Shown here: piece after piece, positions 26,630 through 38,400 of the stretch
Layout: each line of letters begins with the position of its first letter
Numbering within the stretch: position 1 is the stretch's first letter
DNA from: Mobula hypostoma
Taxonomy: Eukaryota
Reading direction: 5' to 3'
Assembly: GCF_963921235.1 (NCBI RefSeq)
Contig: NC_086097.1
Coordinates: 23,438,001 to 23,502,000 of the forward strand
DNA: 64,000 bases
Made by a program: the position numbers and the translations under genes
Notes under the pieces: generated by a model
The model's database searches: none
Told to the model about the DNA's origin: nothing
The model's input: only the letters and a program-made list of their open reading frames with translations

Positions 26630-28001
26630 TCGTGCCTAAGACTTTTACACTGTATTGTATGTTGTGAAATTTGTTTTACATCCAATACATATGAAAATAT
26701 TAATACAAATTACAATAAATGAATACATTTTGGTTGGGTGGGACTACAACCAGAGGTCATGGGCTAAGAATGAAAGGTAAAGAGTTTAAGAGGAACATGA
26801 GGGGTAACGTCTTCAGTCAATGGGTCATGAGAGTGTGGAATACAGCACAGGAACAGGCCATTCGGCCCACAATGTTGTGCTGAAGCAGCTAAAATGCTTC
26901 CTACACAACGTCAATATCCCTCCATCTTCCTCGCACCCATGTGCCGATCCAAATCTCTCTTAAAATCACCATACCAGGCAGCGCATTCCAGTCATCCACG
27001 ACTCTCTGAGTAAAACACTTACCCCTCACATCTCTTTTGAACCTATCCCCCCTCACCTTCACTGCGTACCTCCAGTACTAGACATTCAAGCAGTGCAAAA
27101 AGAGAACAAAATAGGAAGGTAGTGTTTATGGGTTCATGGATGGTCCAGTCATCTGATGGCAGAGGGAAAGAAGCTGTTGTTAATACATTGAGTGTGTGTC
27201 TTCAAGCTCCTGCACTTCCTCCCTGATGGTAGTAACGAGAAGAGGGCAGGTCTTGGATGGTGAATGTCTTTGAAGATGGATGCTGCTCTCATGAACTATC
27301 ACCTTTTGAAGGTGCTCTCGATTGTGCAGAGCGTAATGCCCATGATGGTGCTGGCAGAGTTTGCAGCCTTTTGCAGCTTTTTCCAATCCTGTGCATTGGT
27401 TCCTCTTTTCCAGACGGTAATTCACCCAGTCAGAGTGCACCTGTAGATGGGCACACGGATGTGCAGAAAATGGAAGGATATGGACATTATGCAGACAGAA
27501 AAGGGTGGAGGAGCAACACCTCATATTCTGTTTCAGTAGTCTCCAACCTGATGGCATGAATATTGATTTTGCCTTCCAGTGAAAAGTTCTGTCCCTCCCC
27601 CTTCCCTCTTCTCCTGTTCCCCATTATAGCCTTTACTTATCCTTAGCAACCTATCACTTCCTCCTAGGTCCCCTCTTCCTCTCCTTTCTCCTATGATCCA
27701 CTTTCCTGTCCTATCAGAATCATTCTTCTTTAGCTCTTTACCTGTCGCACCCACCTGGCTTCCCCTATCAGCTTCCAGCTAGCCTCATTCCCCTCCCCCT
27801 ACCTTTTATTCTATTGTCTTCCCCCTTTCTTTCCAGTCCTGATGAAGGGTCTCAGCTGAAAGATCGACTGTCTATTCGTTTCCATAGATTCTGCCTAACT
27901 TGCTGAGTTCATCCAGCTTTTTATGTGTGTTGCTCTGGATTTCCAGCAACTGCAGATTGTCTTGTGTTTAAGAAAAAATTAGTTTATTTGATTACTAGTT
28001 T

Positions 28002-28322
28002 AGCACGTGGCCAAGTGGTTAAGGCATTGGACTAGCTACCTGAAGGTCGTGAGTTCGAGCCCCAGCCGAGGCAACGTGTTGTGTCCTTGAGCAAGTCACT
28101 TAATCACACATTGCTCTGCGACGACACTAGTGCCAAGCTGCATCAGCCCTAGTGTCCTTCCCTTGGACAAAATTGATGTCGTGGAGAGGGGAGACTTGCA
28201 GCACAGGCAACTGCTGGTCTTCCATACAACCTTGCCAGGCCTGCGCCCTGGAGAGTGAAAACTTTCCAGGCACAGATCCATGGTCTCGCAAGACTAATGG
28301 ATGCCTTTACTTTATTACTTTA
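28002..28322 (+). mobile_element. tRNA-derived SINE
   Basis: A box TGGCCAAGTGG at 28008-28018, B box GAGTTCGAGCC at 28051-28061, body gtgtccttgagcaag, tail tttactttattacttt; possible TSD tagttt. Confidence 0.85.
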
Positions 28323-29024
28323 ATTAGTTTGGCAACAAAATGTAGGATGAAGGGCCTGTTCCTTTACTGTTGCTCTATGCTCTAGATGTTCTGCAGCAGC
28401 TGCACATTTCAAGCAAAGTGGAGTATGTTCCATTATGTTTCTGACATGCGTTCATTTTCCCATAGCTTTGATAACAAGTTCTGCTGAAGTAACTCTTGGA
28501 GGCTGGTTTAGTTTTGACGATAGATAGCTTTCTGTTTGTTCTGTTGTGCCCCATCCATATCTCCAAAATACTGGCTTACCAAATTGCTGAAGAGTTGTCT
28601 TTGTCAAAAGGAAGACGTCATCTTTAGCCCCTATGCTATAGGTGTGTGGAAGTGGTTGGGAGAAGAGAGTGCAGCGATCCGATATGCCTTGCACATGGAT
28701 ATTATCCTGTGATTTCTTGTGCAGGCATTCTGGACTCATTCCATCAAACTGCATGGCACTGATATTAAAATGATGCAAGTATGATATACCAGGATTTTCT
28801 GAAATTGGTTACTTCAGAATGGGAAAGATGCAAAGTTAATTGACATAAAAACCAGGAAGACATGGATGTCCTGCTGATAACATAGAGCAAAACTTAGCAC
28901 ACACATTTTAAATTAGGCTGTGCTTCAAAACACTGTAGAACACAACGGGGATGCTTGCTTTGAAGATTATCGCATTGCAGCAGAGCTTCAGTCTTTTTTT
29001 TGGTTGTTGTCTTTGTCTTACCAG

Positions 29025-29198
29025 GTGTTCTATACATCGCTGGGCTGGCCCAAGGCATGTACAGCAATCTGCCAAAACTTGTTGCCTCCAGAGATGGGTT
29101 TCAGGGTTGCTTGGCATCTGTGGACCTCAATGGAAGGCTCCCGGACCTGATTCACGATGCGCTACATCGCAGTGGTCAAATTGAACGTGGATGTGAAG
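29025..29198 (+). CDS. NRXN3: Alpha-neurexin-3 coding exon, end of LNS5 ([57 protein letters not shown])
   Basis: Long U-rich tract and ccag acceptor ending at 29024, donor gtacac at 29199; 174 nt, phase 1/1. Near-identical to the recalled NRXN3 peptide. Confidence 0.96.
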
Positions 29199-29930
29199 GT
29201 ACACCATTTTGCAACTCTAGTTCAGGCTTCCGTTTCAACTCGAACAGTAGCACAAACCCACACCTATGCATCCATCCATCTGAGAGAATTTCACTCTGGT
29301 TTATTGTCATCACATTGTCTTTCATTGTAATAATTTGTTCACCACTGGATCTGTCCATTTAATCAGTTTAAGCACCAATACCAAACTGTAAATCTCATTA
29401 GATTTTGTATGTAACACACTTGATAGGGCTCTTTTAATTTTGGAGATGCTTGTGTACATTGTAAATGAGTAAATATATTTATCAGAAACTCAAATCTTGC
29501 CTTTTTGATTTTATTTCTTCAACAAACATTTATTTTGCTCCCACAATTCAAGATTTCAAGCATGATGGTGGTCTGTTAATTGGAAGTTGTCGGCAATAAC
29601 TGAGATGCCTGAAGTGTGTGGATCTGCAAATTGCCACTTGAGCTGGATAAATTGGGGAGGGGTAACTAATTGGTTAGAGTTATATTCATAGCGAAGTACA
29701 GCACAGAAGCAGACCCTTTGGCCCATCTAGTCCATGCTGAAACAATTTAAACTGCAACTCTGAGGGACCTGCACCAGGACCATGGCTGTCTATATCCCTA
29801 CTGTCCATGTATCTATCTAAACTTCTCTTAAACATTGAAATCGAGCTCGCTTGGATCACTTGTGCTGGCAGATCTTCCCACACTCTTATGACTCTCTGAG
29901 TGAAGAAGTTCCCTCTCATGTTCCCATAAA

Positions 29931-32916
29931 ATCTTGCCTGACAAATCTGTTGGAATTCTTTGAAGAAGTAACAAACAGATTAGACAAAGGAGAATTGGTT
30001 GATGTTGTGTACTTGGATTTTTAGAAGGCCTTTTCAGAAGGTGCCACACATGAGACTACATAACAAGCTACGAGCCACTGGTATTACAGGAAAGATTCTA
30101 GCAGGGATAAAGCAGTGGCTGACTGGCAGGAGGCAAAGAGTGGGAATAAAGAGAGCCTTTTCTGACTGGCTTACCGGTGACTAGTGGTGTTCCACAGGGG
30201 TCTGTGTTGGGACCAATTCTTTTTACATTTTAAATCAATGATTTAGATGATGGAATTGATGACTCTGTTGCAAAGTTTGCAGATGATATGAAGATAGGTG
30301 TAGGGGCAGGTAGTTTTGAGGAAGTAGAGAGCCTACAAAAGGACTTAGACGGATTAGAAGGATGGGCAAAGAAATGGCAGATGGAATACAATGTTGGGAA
30401 GTGTACAGTCATGCACTTTGGTAGAAGAAATGAGAGGGTTGACTATTTTCTAAATGGAGACAAAATACAAAAAAGCTGAGGTGCAAGGGGGCTTGGGAGT
30501 CCTTCTGCAGGATTCCCTAAAGGTTAATTTGCAGGTTGAGTCTGTGGTGAGGAAGGTGAACTGCAATGTTAGTGTTCTTTTCAAAAGGACTAGACTACGA
30601 AGGACTACATAAAAAAAAAAACAAGGAAAGGGCATATAAGTTAGCAAAACTAAGTGGGAAGTTGGGTGATGGGAAGCTTTTAAAATCCACTAAAAGGCAA
30701 AAAGAAAGCTGTAAGGGCAAGGATGAAATATGAGATAACGGAAGATTTTTCAGTTATATAAAGAGTAAAGGTGAGGTGAGAGTTGATATTCGACCACTGA
30801 AAAATTATGCTGGTGAGGTAGTAATGGAGGACAAAAAAATGGCAGATGAACTTAATGGTTTTTACATTTGACTTCACTGTGGAAGACACCAGCAGTGTGC
30901 CAAAAGTCTGTGAGTGTCAGGAAACAGGAGTGAGTGCCATTGCTATTACAAAGGAAAACGTGCTAGGCAAACTCAAAGGTCTTAAGGTAGATAAGTCACT
31001 TGGGCCAGATTGACTACATCCCAGAGTCCTGAGAGAGTTTGCTGAAGAGATAATGGATGCATTGGTTATGGTCCTTCAAGAATCACTTGATTCTGGCATG
31101 GTCCCAGAGGACTGGAAGATTGCAAATGTCACTTCACTCTTTAAGAAGGGAGGAAGGCAAAAGAAATGAAATTATAGGCCAGTTAGCCTAACCTCAGTGA
31201 TGGGAAAGTATTGGAGTCTGTTATTGAGGATGAAGTTTCGAGGTACCTGGAGATTAATGATAAAATAAGTCAAAGTCAGCATGGTTTCTGTAAGGGGAAA
31301 TCTTGCCTGACAAATCTGTTAGAGTTCTTTGAGGAAGTAACAAGCAGGGTGGACAAAGGAGAGGCAGCCGGTGTCATTTACTTGGATTTTCAGAAGGCAT
31401 TTGATAAGGTGCCGTACAGGAGGCTGCTTAACAGGATAAAATCCTGTGGCATTACAGGAAAGGTACTGGCATGCATAGTGGAATGGCTGACAGGCAGGAG
31501 GCAGTGAGTGGCAATAAAAGGGTGTTTCTCTGGTTGGCTGCTGGTGACTAGTGGTGTTCCTCAGGGTCAGTATTGGGACTGCTACTTTTCACATTGTTTG
31601 TCAATGATTGTGATAATAGAATTGATGACTTTGTGGCAAAGTTTGCAGATGATACGAAAATAGGTGGAGAGGTAGGTAGTGCTGAGGAAGCAATGTGATT
31701 GCAACAGGACTTGGACAAATTGGAAGAATGGGCTAAAAAGTGGCAAAAAAGAAATAAAAGTGACAGATGGAATACAATGTTGGGAAATGTATGACAGTGC
31801 ATTTTGGTAAAAGGAACAGTAGAGCGCACTATTATCTAACTAGGGAGAAGTTTCAATCATCAAAGGTGCAGAGGGACTTAGGAGTCCTCAGGCCAGACTC
31901 CCAGAAGGTTAATTTACAGGTTGAGTCTGTGGTAAAGAAAGCAAATGCAATGTTGCCATTTATTTCAAGGTGAATAGAATATATAAACAAGGCGATAATA
32001 CTGTGGCTTTGTAAGATACTAGTCAGGCCACACTTGGAGTATTGTCAACAGTCTTGGTCCTTGTATCTCAGAAAGGATGTATTGTTATTGGAGATAGTCC
32101 AGAGGAGGTTCACTATGATCATTCTGGGAATGAAGGGGTTAACATAAGAGGTGTGTTTGACAGCTTTCGATCTGTACTCACTTGAATTTAGAAGAATGCA
32201 GGGGATCTCAGTGAAACCTACCGAATGTTGAAAGGACTAGGCTGAGTGAATGTGGAGAGGATGTTTCCTATGACAGGGGCTATCCAGAACTGGAGGACAC
32301 AGCCTCAAGATCAAGGGGCAAATTTTTAGAACAGAGGTAAGAAGAAATTTCTATAGCCAGAGTAATGAATCTGTGGAATGCTCTGTCACAGACTGTGGTA
32401 GAGGCCAAGTCTGTGGGTATATTTAAGGTGAAAGTTGATCGTTTCTTTATCGATCCAGGATCAGCTGTGATGGAATGGTGGAGCAGACTTGATGGGCTGA
32501 ATGGCTTAATTCTGCTCCTATGTCTTGTGCTCTTATAAAAGCAAGGATATAATGTTGAAACTTTATGAAGCACTAGGGAGCCATCACTTGGAGTATTTTG
32601 AGCAGGCTTGGGCCCCTATCTTAGAAAGGATGTGCTGAAACTGGAGAGGGTTCAAAGGAGGTTCACAACAATGATTCCAAGATTGAATGATCTTGATAGA
32701 GTGTATGTGCGAAGGATGTTTCCTATAGTGGTAGAGTCTAAGACCAGAAGACACAGACCCAGAATAGGGGTGTCCTTTTAGAACGGAGATGAGGAAGAAT
32801 TTCTTTAGCCAGAGAGTGGTGAAGTTGTGGTATTTGGTGCCATGATGAAAGGGCAGAGCAGACTCGATGGGCTAAATGGCCTAATTCTGCTCCTATATCT
32901 TATGGTCTTGTAGTCT
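29931..32916 (+). mobile_element. CR1-like LINE RT fragment A (29931-about 30600 plus 32535-32916)
   Basis: SCLTNLLEFFEEVT, VYLDF, GVPQGSVLGP, KFADD and KWQMEYNVGKCTVMHFG motifs; frameshifted. Confidence 0.85.
30600..32534 (+). mobile_element. CR1-like LINE RT fragment B, about 1.9 kb, nested in fragment A
   Basis: ORF 31211..31507 SQHGFCKGKSCLTNLLEFFEEVT...IYLDFQKAFDKVP, followed by VPQGSVLG, KFADDTK and its own 3' tail; several stop codons. Confidence 0.88.
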
Positions 32917-34679
32917 TAAACTTCTCGCCCTTTAACCATGACCTCTAATTATAATCCCACTATACCTTAGTGGAAAAAGCCTGCTTGCATTTACCCCATG
33001 TGTACCGCTCATAATTTTGTATACCTCTATCAAATCTCCTCTCAGTCTTCCACGTTCTAAAGAGTACAGTCCTAACATAATCAATCTTTCCTTGTAAATC
33101 AGGAACAGCAACATCCTTGTAAATTTTCTCTGCACTTTTTCAATCTTGTTTAAATCTTTCTCGTAGGCAGGTGACCAAAATGCACACAATACTCCAAATT
33201 AGGCCTCACCAGCGTGTTATACAACTTCAACATAACATCCCATTTTCTGTACTCAATACATTGATTTATGAAGGCCAATGTGCCAAAAAAGAAGGACCAG
33301 TTAACTCTGTGCTGCACCACTTACGCCTTTTTTAAAAAAAACATTAATGAACCATAAACCTCAGGTTTGATTTTCACGCCTTACAGGTTGAATCATCCTT
33401 GCAATTGAAGTAGTTGGGACCTTTCATAACACACACAAAATGCTAGAGTAACTCAGCACTTCATGCAGTATTTATGGAGAGGATTTAGCAGTCGATGTTT
33501 TGGTCTGAGATCCCTCACCAGGAGTTTGTTTCTCCCTCAAGACTGATGAAGGGTTTATCGCCAAAAACATGAGCTGTTTATTTCTCACCATAGATGCTGG
33601 CTGACCTGCTGAGTTCCTCCAGCATGTGTGTGTGTGTGTGTTAGAATCTGCAGAATCTCTTGTCCTTGGGAACCTTGCTCCAGATTTCCACCCAGTGATT
33701 CCTGCTTGGAAAGTTTGCAAGCTGTAAGTGAAACCAGTTGGTCTGTAATGTCCTCTATCATCAAGTGACCCTTTGTTACCGTTTAATTGGGTTGCCATGA
33801 GCAACACAAAACACCATTGGTTTCCCATTTCAATTATGGCCTTGCTTCAGTGAAAGGGTGGAGATGGCACTGAAGAAGGAGAAAGTTGGCAATAAAATGC
33901 ATGAAACCTGTTAGTATTATGCATTCTCTTGGAATTTCCAGAGCCAAAGCGTTGCAGAATTTTATTAATGCGCACACAACGTGCTGGAAAAATGCAGTAA
34001 GTCAGCAGGTCTTGATGAAGGGTCTTAGACTGAAACATCAACTGCTTATTCCTTTGTTAGATGCTGCAGAGTTCCTCTAGCATTTTGTTTGTGTGTGTGT
34101 GTCAGTGTCAGTGTCAGTCTGGATTTCCAGCACCTGCTGTGTTACCTGCAGAATATCTTGTGTTCGTGCTATTTTATTCCTGACAAAACTGCCTTTGTTT
34201 TTATTACTCAAATCAATCATTAAGTTTTAATTTCTTCATTTCCTTGTTTTCCATCTTTGATTCTGCACAGAAGGTTTGAGTGATACAAAACGAAAATGAC
34301 ATCACTGGGAAGACAATGGAGTGAGAGAATACTTTTTCATTTGCATCAGGGAACAAAGAGCTAAAACATTCTATGTTGACACTGCAGTCTATTTTTGTAC
34401 ATGACCACAAAATGTCACAATGAATTGCCTCTTCATTTAAATTAAGTTTTTATTATCGTATAGTATTATGAAATATTACTAGCATTCTTTCCAAAACATT
34501 AAAGTTACTCAATCAATGCATGGGTTGACTTTGTTATATAGTGATAAATATCCTGCCTTTGAATTATGAAGTTTTATGTAATATTTAATATTTGATGCAT
34601 AGGTTGTAATTTTTGATATTTTCTGCTATTTGCATTTGACTTTGCATCAATTAACTTGCAATATTTGTTTGTTATACGC

Positions 34680-34995
34680 CATATGACATGGGCAATCATG
34701 GTTGTACTTGGCAAATATTTCTGCAGAAGTAGTTTGCTATTGCCACCTTCTAGGCAGTATTTTAACAAGATGGGAGACCCCAGCCATTATCAATTCTCTT
34801 CGGAGATTGTCTGTTTGGTGTCAGTGGTCGCATAACCAAGACTTGAGAAGTGCACCAGCTGTACATACGACCATCCACCACCTGCTCCCACGGCCTCACG
34901 TGGGCTACACCTTGCCCAAGGGTGACCTGCAGGATGGCAGAGGAAAGGAGCGCCTTACCCTCCTTTGGTAGAGAAGCATCTCCACACCGCCACCT
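34680..34995. mobile_element. SINE-like dispersed repeat; copies at about 5625-5990 and 9855-9935 (partial)
   Basis: Shared ggcaaat..ttct..agaagt.gtttgc.attgcc, accccagccattatcaat and gggtgacctgcagg blocks. Confidence 0.7.
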
Positions 34996-35226
34996 TATAA
35001 CACCAGAATAAATTTAATACTGAGCGTCAAATGTAAACTCATCAAAAGAGTCAGGTGGACCAAAACTGGTTCACCTGTGAAAGATGGATGGAGGAGTTAT
35101 GCATGTACCTAATCTGCATTTAGGGTGGTCACCCTGGTCTCAGTGAATATGTGGGTATGTGTTCTTCAAATATTTAGTGTGCAGGGCACTGAGGAGATGT
35201 GAGGAAAGCCTTGATTTCCTATTTGA

Positions 35227-35498
35227 GTAGAGTATGGAGTGAGTTTGGGTATGAGTGGTTGGGTAGAGTATGGAGTGAGTTTGGGTATGAGTGGTTGGGT
35301 AGAGTATGGAGTGAGTTTGGGTATGAGTGGTTGGGTAGAGTGTGGAGTGAGTTTGGGTATGAGTGGTTGGGTAGAGCATGGAGTGAGTTTGGGTATGAGT
35401 GGTTGGGTAGAGCATGGAGTGAGTTTGGGTATGAGTGGTTGGGTAGAGTATGGAGTGAGTTTGGGTATGAGTGGTTGGGTAGAGCATGGAGTGAGTTT
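35227..35498. repeat. 36-bp G-rich minisatellite, about 7.5 copies
   Basis: Unit gtagagtatggagtgagtttgggtatgagtggttgg; variation is confined to one dinucleotide (ta/tg/ca). Confidence 0.95.
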
Positions 35499-38400
35499 GT
35501 GCACAAAATGCTTTATTTTTATGGAATTTATGATTATCCAGAGGTAAAATTAATTGTTCAACCTTTTATTCCTGGGTGACGGTATGCCAAAAAAGTAATC
35601 CGATTGACTTTGGAACCTTCAGTTTTTAATTTGGATGCTCAGTGAACAAGAGGCTGTTCTGGTAGAAAAATAAAAGGCCAGACAGATTGCAATAGAAGGC
35701 AAATATTCATTAAGTTTATCAAAAATGAACATCTCATACGTGGGCTCATCCATACCAGTGCTCGTTATTAGGATGGTTGGTAGTGATTCATTATAATGAT
35801 GTCTGGCAATGGGTTTAAAATCTTATAAACAACCGCTGACAGAACCGATTGTTGACTTGCAGTACCTCATCTTTGTCTTTTGTTTATTACAATTGTGATG
35901 ACTCGGCACACACACGTACTCTCTGCTAACCTGTAAACTTGCTCCCAATTACAGTAGAAGTACGTACTGCAAGCTCCACGCAAGTATTCACGGTATTCTG
36001 ATTACTACAAGAAAGAAGTTGGCAAGAGTATGAAGTCAGGACAAATGAAGATCAGTCTGAACCCTGATCATACATGGGACAAAACCAATGGATTTATTGT
36101 AATCAGGATGTCAACTTGCCTTAATTAGGTTAAACTTGACAGGTAGTTGTCACACTTAGACGAATAGATCATAAAATACAGGAGCCGTATTAGGCCATTT
36201 TGTCCAACAAGTCTGCTCCACAATTACATCATGGCTGATCTATTATCCCCTCAACCCCATTCTCCTGTCTTTTCCCTGTAACCTTAGATGCACTTACTAA
36301 TCAACAACTTATCAACCTCCACTTTCAATATACCCACTTACTTGCCTTCCACAGCTGTCTGTGGCAATGAATTCCACAGATTCATCACCTACGGCCAAAG
36401 AAATTCCTCCTTATCTGTTTTCTAAAGGGATGTTCTTCTATTCTGAGGCTGTGCCCCTTGATCCTAGACTCCCCATACTATAGGAAATATCCTCTCCAGT
36501 GAAATATGATAGTAAAATATACTTCTGATAAGACAAAATAAGATTGTTTATTGTCATTTTTCAGTACACATGAGTAAAGGAGAATGAGACGATTGTTACT
36601 CTGAATCTGATACAGTATAATAAAATGATACGCATAAAGAACACAATAAATGTAATACATAAGATTAGCTTATATACATAGACTGATTAACTGTACATAA
36701 AGTGACGCTAGGCACAGGGGTGTTTGTACATAAGGTGACTGACAGGAAATGATAAAATAGTGGTGGTGGGGGGAGTAGAGGTGTGGGTTAATGTGTGTAG
36801 GGGTTGATCAGCCTTACTGATTGAGGAAAGTAACTGTTTTTGAGTTTGGCTGTCTTGGTTTGAATGCTGTGTAGCCTCTTCACTGAGATGAATGGGAGAA
36901 ACAATCCACGAGCAGGGTGGGTAGAATTCTTTATGATATTGCTGGTCTTCTGCCAGTACCTTTCTGTATTTGTGTCCTCGATGGTGGGTAGACTGGTGCC
37001 TCTGATGTATTGGGTAGATTTAACTACCCTTTGTTGAGCCCTCCTATAGTCTGTAACACATGATATTTAGGCAACAAAAAATATTTCAGAAATAAAATAT
37101 TATTGCATTTTATGCAGTGTGTGGTTTTTAAAACAAAAATCCACCCACTAGACTGCTTACTTTGGCATTCCGACTTAGAAGCATCAGAATACATTGATAT
37201 GGCTCATCTGTGTTGATTCTTCATCACTCTCCTGGTGGTTGGGCACTTGCCACAGATGGTCAGCTACAAATGACCACCCATAGACTGGCTGAGGCTGCCC
37301 TAGTTCAGTCCTGAACTTTCATGGCCTTGAGGGTGCCTGGGTTAAACTGAGAAGGGAGTAAGTTTGAGATGTTCATAACCAATGGATGCTACAGGAATTC
37401 AAGGGCATCTAGGAATGCGAAGTTGATCAGACTGAATTTGGTAAGTCTCTTTGTTTCATTCTACAATTTAGTTTATAATTTGTTACAAAGAAAGCATTTT
37501 TACTTAGTTTGTGGTTTAGTGTCAGTTGTCATTGGGTTTGGGCATTCTGCCTTACAAGGGATGAGAATACTATTGTAGTGACCTAAAAACAACATTTAAT
37601 GAATAATTAAAAGAGGAAAAATAAAATTATTTGTATTGTTCCATAAATATTCGTAGTTAATGCAACATCAAGAGGAATATGACACTGCTGCCAGTCTCTA
37701 ATCCCACCACTTTGTAACCTTCTTTACTCAAGGGTGTGAACAGATTGGTGTCGATTTGCAATGCCACATTATGTGGAATATACTGTGTAAATTGCCCTCT
37801 GAGAGGATGATGGGGCGAATGCTTTTGGTGAGGAGATTCAGAATTCCAAAGTAGATTCAATGAATTGAGGCCCCCCACTGGTTGGGGTCAACCATGGATT
37901 TTGCATCCCAGCTGTCTGTGATGGGAAAGCCAGTATGCAAGCCCCGACAGTCTGACATGGAGAGCAAGCTGTTGCGCATGTAGCAGACTCCTCCTCTCCG
38001 TGAAGCTGATGAATCCAGCAGAACGTCAGAGATCAATACAGTTTAATGAATTATGAACAGCAAACAAGTAGCAAGCTTCCATGCGGTAAGACTATGTTTA
38101 AAATAATTCACCTTGGTGGAAAATTAATTTGAATTGAATTATTGTATCCTGAAAGATTGGAGTTGTCTTCCAGAAGACGATCAAGACTTCATCAGAGTTT
38201 TGATTGGCTGTTTATTCCTTTCCGTAGGATGCTGTCTGACCTACTGAGTTCCTTCAGCATTTAGAATGTGTGTTAGTCCCAACTTCTGAGCGTATGGTAG
38301 ATGGAAAGTCACTGATGAAGCTAGCTGAAATTGTTCGGACCTGAGACACAACCCTAAGGAACCGGCAATGTCCTACAGCTGATGTGATTAACCTCCAACA

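Larger units (their letters stand above)
29685..33290 (-). mobile_element. CR1-like LINE 3' fragment (29685-29930 plus 32917-33290), split by a plus-strand CR1
   Basis: ORF 32932..33189 (...RGDLIEVYKIM...RGHG) continues into 29686..29919 (MRGNFFTQRVIRVW) once the insertion is removed. Confidence 0.8.

Noticed and set aside
28002..28075. Possible tRNA gene
   Set aside because: A and B boxes are present, but I cannot build a full cloverleaf or acceptor stem, and it runs into a SINE body and simple-repeat tail.
8456..29198. Assignment to NRXN1 or NRXN2
   Set aside because: Recalled diagnostic residues ([68 protein letters not shown]) fit NRXN3 better; a phylogeny would confirm this.
30600..32534. 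Active autonomous reverse transcriptase gene
   Set aside because: 5'-truncated with multiple stops and frameshifts; I found no intact transposon ORF anywhere in the window.
35140..35579. Five overlapping ORFs with 12-aa repeats; CRISPR-like appearance
   Set aside because: By-product of a stop-poor 36-bp minisatellite; the units are contiguous with no unique spacers, in a vertebrate intron.
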